This document shows positions 56,499-64,000 of a DNA stretch of 64,000 bases, one piece after another. The stretch lies in the sequence record NZ_CP041047.1; one strand, 5' to 3'. The first letter of the stretch is position 1. The number at the start of each line of letters is the position of its first letter. Under the pieces are notes generated by a model. That model ran no database searches. It was not told the DNA's origin and was given only the letters and a program-made list of their open reading frames with translations. The stretch comes from a plasmid. The translations under genes and the position numbers were made by a program.

Positions 56499-56828
56499 CT
56501 AAAGGGATCCCTGCGTGACTTCCGCTGGAAAGTGACGGTGCCAGGCATCAAAGCCACCATCGACGCTGAATACCGAATCATAGCCTTGCTGGAGCAGGTA
56601 TTGTGCCGCACCTTTACTGCTATTGCCGTGGTAGCACATCACCATGACCGGGGTATCGAAGTCGGTTTCACGCATAAACGCCCCGAGCGTATCGTTTGTT
56701 AAATGAAAAGCGCCCGGCGTATGGCCAATCGCATAGCTTTGCGGGTCACGAATATCGACCAGAACCGCCTGCTTAAGCTGCAGTTTCTGGTGGGCCTCTT
56801 CAACATTAATACAGACAAAATGATCCAT
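56499..56828 (-). CDS. glpE: thiosulfate sulfurtransferase (rhodanese) GlpE
   Basis: 109 aa with the CYHGNSS active-site loop. Confidence 0.9.
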   Translation of the reverse strand: MDHFVCINVEEAHQKLQLKQAVLVDIRDPQSYAIGHTPGAFHLTNDTLGAFMRETDFDTPVMVMCYHGNSSKGAAQYLLQQGYDSVFSVDGGFDAWHRHFPAEVTQGSL

Positions 56829-57069
56829 TCTGATCTCTTTTCTTTTACGTATGACAGGTGGTACGCCTGCTTCTTCCCGTATACATCAGGGCGGAAAAAG
56901 CAGGCTGCATAAGTTTACCGCTTAGTGTACGTCCTCCAGGTGGAGAAACACCATTATGTTATGTATATCACTCTAAATTGTTTTTCTGATGTTACCAAAA
57001 GCGCGATCTTTTGCTATTATGAGCGATATCGAACATTTGTGAGCTTTAACGAAAGCGCGTGAGGGCAGC

Positions 57070-58575
57070 ATGGAAACCAAAGATCTTATCGTTATTGGCG
57101 GGGGCATCAACGGTGCCGGTATTGCGGCGGACGCCGCCGGGCGAGGTTTATCCGTGCTGATGCTGGAAGCCCAGGACTTAGCTTGCGCGACCTCCAGCGC
57201 CAGCTCAAAATTAATTCACGGTGGCCTGCGCTACCTTGAACACTATGAATTTCGTCTGGTTAGCGAGGCGCTGGCCGAGCGTGAAGTGCTGCTGAAAATG
57301 GCACCGCACATTGCCTTCCCGATGCGCTTCCGCTTGCCGCATCGCCCCCATTTACGTCCGGCGTGGATGATCCGCATAGGTCTTTTTATGTACGATAATC
57401 TGGGGAAACGCACCAGTTTACCCGGATCGCAAAGTTTGCGTTTTGGCTCAGAATCGGTCCTCAAACCTGAAATCGTGCGCGGTTTCGAATATTCTGACTG
57501 CTGGGTCGATGATGCCCGTCTGGTACTGGCGAATGCGCAGATGGTTGTCAAAAAAGGCGGTGAAGTGCGCACCCGCACCCGCGCCATCTCAGCAAAACGT
57601 GAAAACGGACTGTGGATTGTTGAAGCGGAAGATATCGACACCGGGGAAAAATTTAGCTGGCAAGCACGCGGTCTGGTCAATGCCACCGGCCCATGGGTTA
57701 AGCAGTTCTTTGATGACGGGATGCATTTGCCGTCTCCGTATGGTATTCGCCTGATTAAAGGCAGCCATATCGTGGTACCGCGCGTTCATTCACAAAAGCA
57801 GGCGTATATTCTGCAAAACGAAGATAAACGTATCGTCTTCGTGATTCCGTGGATGGATGAGTTTTCTATCATCGGCACCACCGATGTGGAATATAAAGGC
57901 GACCCGAAAAACGTCGAAATCGACGAAAGTGAAGTGAATTACCTGTTGAAGGTCTATAACGCGCACTTTAAAAAGCAACTGACGCGCAATGACATTGTCT
58001 GGACTTACTCCGGTGTGCGCCCGCTGTGTGACGATGAGTCGGATTCTCCGCAGGCAATCACCCGCGACTACACGCTGGATATTCACGATCAGGACGGCAA
58101 AGCGCCGCTGCTTTCCGTCTTTGGTGGCAAACTCACGACCTACCGTAAGCTGGCTGAACATGCGATGGAAAAACTGGCCTCCTATTATGAAGGTATCGGC
58201 CCCGCATGGACCAAAAACTGTGTGTTACCCGGCGGTGAACTGGCGGGCTATCGTGATGATTACGCTGCAAAACTGCGTCGCCGTTACCCGTTCATTAGCG
58301 AATCGCTGGCTCGCCATTACGCACGGACCTATGGCAGCAATACCGAGTTGATTCTGGCCGGAGCCAGTAGCATCGAGGACCTGGGTGAAAACTTCGGGCA
58401 CGAGCTGTACGAAGCCGAGCTGCGCTACCTGGTTGAGCATGAGTGGGTGCGCCGTCTGGATGATGCCATCTGGCGTCGTACCAAACTGGGCATGTGGCTC
58501 AATGCCGACGAGCAGTCCCGCGTAGCCCAGTGGCTGGCTCGCCACAGCAAAGCAGAACTCTCGCTGGCCTCGTAA
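57070..58575 (+). CDS. glpD: aerobic glycerol-3-phosphate dehydrogenase
   Basis: METKDLIVIGGGINGAGIAADAAGRGL… is the FAD-binding motif. Length is 501 aa. Confidence 0.95.
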   Translation: METKDLIVIGGGINGAGIAADAAGRGLSVLMLEAQDLACATSSASSKLIHGGLRYLEHYEFRLVSEALAEREVLLKMAPHIAFPMRFRLPHRPHLRPAWMIRIGLFMYDNLGKRTSLPGSQSLRFGSESVLKPEIVRGFEYSDCWVDDARLVLANAQMVVKKGGEVRTRTRAISAKRENGLWIVEAEDIDTGEKFSWQARGLVNATGPWVKQFFDDGMHLPSPYGIRLIKGSHIVVPRVHSQKQAYILQNEDKRIVFVIPWMDEFSIIGTTDVEYKGDPKNVEIDESEVNYLLKVYNAHFKKQLTRNDIVWTYSGVRPLCDDESDSPQAITRDYTLDIHDQDGKAPLLSVFGGKLTTYRKLAEHAMEKLASYYEGIGPAWTKNCVLPGGELAGYRDDYAAKLRRRYPFISESLARHYARTYGSNTELILAGASSIEDLGENFGHELYEAELRYLVEHEWVRRLDDAIWRRTKLGMWLNADEQSRVAQWLARHSKAELSLAS

Positions 58576-58579
58576 TCGT

Positions 58580-58612
58580 GCCCCCGCTGAGAGATGCTCA
58601 GCGGGGGTTTTA
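58580..58612 (+). terminator. glpD rho-independent terminator
   Basis: CCCCCGCTGAGAGATGCTCAGCGGGGG followed by TTTTAT. Confidence 0.7.
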
Positions 58613-58767
58613 TGACGCGGCAGCGGGGGCTTACAATGAAAGCCCACAGTGCCTCAACATAAACAGTCTTCCCCTCATCCGCACCTATCCCCTGCCGCCT
58701 TATCCTTGTTTGTCGACTCACTACAGAGACCAGACAGGAGGGTTTATCCCTTTCATCTTCTGAAAAA

Positions 58768-58796
58768 AAACGGAGCCCTGAGGCTCCGTGCGGTAT
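58768..58796 (-). terminator. glgP rho-independent terminator
   Basis: On the minus strand, GGAGCCTCAGGGCTCC followed by TTTTTTTT. Confidence 0.7.
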
Positions 58797-58818
58797 TTAT
58801 GTCAAAAGCAAAAGTGAC

Positions 58819-62719
<3,901 letters not shown>

Positions 62720-62810
62720 TATCGCTCCTGTCAAAACCGCTAACACTTAGCGGGCGCTAGCGGGAAAAACAGCGCGCGGACCCCTTCCGCGCAAGGTTAT
62801 CTCGATGCTG

Positions 62811-64000
62811 TTACTCTTGTTGCAACTTACGCAGCATTTCGCGCGTCACCAGTACAATCCCCTCTTCGGAGCGGTAGAACCGACGGGCGTCTTCTTCGGC
62901 ATTTTCACCAATGATCGTCCCTTCCGGGATGACACAGGCCCGGTCAATAACGCAACGCCGCAAGCGACAGGAGCGTCCGACCCAGACCTCCGGTAAAAGA
63001 ACCGCAGAGTCGATATTGCAGAACGAGTTCACACGCACCCGTGAGAACAATACCGATTGCACCACTACCGATCCGGATATCACACATCCACCGGAAACCA
63101 GTGAGTTCAGCGTCATACCGTGACTTCCCGATCTGTCCTGAACAAATTTCGCCGGTGGTAAAGATTCATTATAGGTACGTATTGGCCAGTTACGGTCATA
63201 CATGTCCAGTTCAGGTACAACTGATGCGAGATCGAGGTTTGCTTTCCAGTACGCTTCGAGGGTTCCTACGTCACGCCAGTAGGGTTCTGATTCAGGGTCC
63301 GAATGCACACAGGACAGTGGGAAGGGATGTGCATAAGCCATGCCAGACTTGGTTATCAGCGGGATGATATCTTTGCCGAAATCGTGACTGGAATTTTCAT
63401 TCTTGTCGTCTTCTTCGAGCAACTCATAAAGGTACTCAGCGTCGAAAACATAAATTCCCATGCTGGCGAGCGATTTTGTGCTGTCATTCGGCATTGAAGG
63501 CGGGTTGGCGGGTTTTTCGACAAACTCAATAACTTTGTCGTTTTCATCCACCGCCATGACGCCAAACGCACTTGCCTCTTCAATGGGCACCGGCAGACAA
63601 GCCACGGTGCAACGCGCACCTTTTTCGACATGATCGATAAGCATGCGTGAATAGTCCTGCTTATAGATATGGTCGCCGGCCAGAATGACGATGTACTCCG
63701 CACCATAACGGCGAATGATGTCGAGGTTTTGCGTAACCGCATCGGCAGTGCCGCGATACCAGCTCTCGCCATGCACACGCTGCTGAGCAGGCAACAGATC
63801 GACAAATTCGTTCATCTCTTCGTTGAAGAAGGACCAGCCACGCTGAATATGCTGCACCAGCGTGTGGGATTGATACTGCGTGATCACACCAATACGACGA
63901 ATACCGGAGTTAATGCAGTTGGATAATGCGAAATCGATAATACGGAACTTACCGCCGAAGTGAACCGCGGGTTTGGCGCGTTTTTTTGTCAAATCTTTAA
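62811..64000 (-). CDS. glgC: glucose-1-phosphate adenylyltransferase, 5' end beyond the window
   Basis: …[27 protein letters not shown]…. The stop is at 62811. The N-terminal codons lie past position 64000. Confidence 0.9.
   Translation of the reverse strand, partial: KDLTKKRAKPAVHFGGKFRIIDFALSNCINSGIRRIGVITQYQSHTLVQHIQRGWSFFNEEMNEFVDLLPAQQRVHGESWYRGTADAVTQNLDIIRRYGAEYIVILAGDHIYKQDYSRMLIDHVEKGARCTVACLPVPIEEASAFGVMAVDENDKVIEFVEKPANPPSMPNDSTKSLASMGIYVFDAEYLYELLEEDDKNENSSHDFGKDIIPLITKSGMAYAHPFPLSCVHSDPESEPYWRDVGTLEAYWKANLDLASVVPELDMYDRNWPIRTYNESLPPAKFVQDRSGSHGMTLNSLVSGGCVISGSVVVQSVLFSRVRVNSFCNIDSAVLLPEVWVGRSCRLRRCVIDRACVIPEGTIIGENAEEDARRFYRSEEGIVLVTREMLRKLQQE

Overview
This window is a mosaic accessory region of about 50 kb in an Enterobacteriaceae replicon. 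It runs into a conserved chromosomal block: malT, glpR-glpG-glpE, divergent glpD, then glgP-glgA-glgC (glgC is cut by the window end). The proteins resemble E. coli K-12 but are not identical to it. The rtcBA-rtcR genes that separate malT and glpR in K-12 are absent. An IS5 element sits about 300 bp upstream of malT, and its transposase frame has a 1-bp deletion relative to the canonical IS5 I recall.

The accessory part contains the following, in order.
- A two-gene Gabija-like defence pair: an OLD-family ATPase/TOPRIM nuclease followed by a UvrD-like helicase, overlapping by 4 bp.
- An AT-rich segment carrying a HEPN (Rx4H) Abi-like protein and an unknown 253-aa protein.
- An unknown 398-aa protein co-oriented with a small protein that is a DnaJ-type 4x CxxCxGxG zinc finger with an acidic tail.
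- A fluoride-resistance gene cluster: CLC-F, a DUF190 protein, PAP2, a DHH-family pyrophosphatase-like protein, Usp, a second enolase, GpmA, CrcB and a P-type ATPase. It is controlled by two divergent candidate fluoride (crcB-motif) riboswitches.
- Two tandem MutS-domain-V paralogues; the upstream one is truncated by IS26.
- An IS26-bounded, high-GC, Aer-like PAS chemoreceptor.
- A low-GC nhaA, an IS3-family transposase fragment, and three IS1 copies. Two IS1 copies bracket a lacY'-lacA' remnant, and one IS1 has a frameshifted insB.
- A plasmid or phage-plasmid-like backbone. It has two divergent RepFIB-like repA genes, each with its own iteron family, and one of them is followed by an unusually large (~1.45 kb) array of inverted iteron pairs. 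It also has two HNH_2-type endonuclease paralogues, a DnaB-family helicase, an IS21-family element with a 4-bp target duplication, and many small unknown genes including a very acidic 100-aa protein.
- A GC-rich, non-coding stretch of about 900 bp built from two terminator-ended structured modules and a repeated 15-mer.

The most novel-looking candidates are the giant iteron array with its dual replicon, the GC-rich structured modules, the 398-aa plus zinc-finger gene pair, the HEPN-containing AT-rich islet next to Gabija, and the tandem MutS-like genes.

All family assignments come from reading motifs in the translated ORFs. No database search was run.
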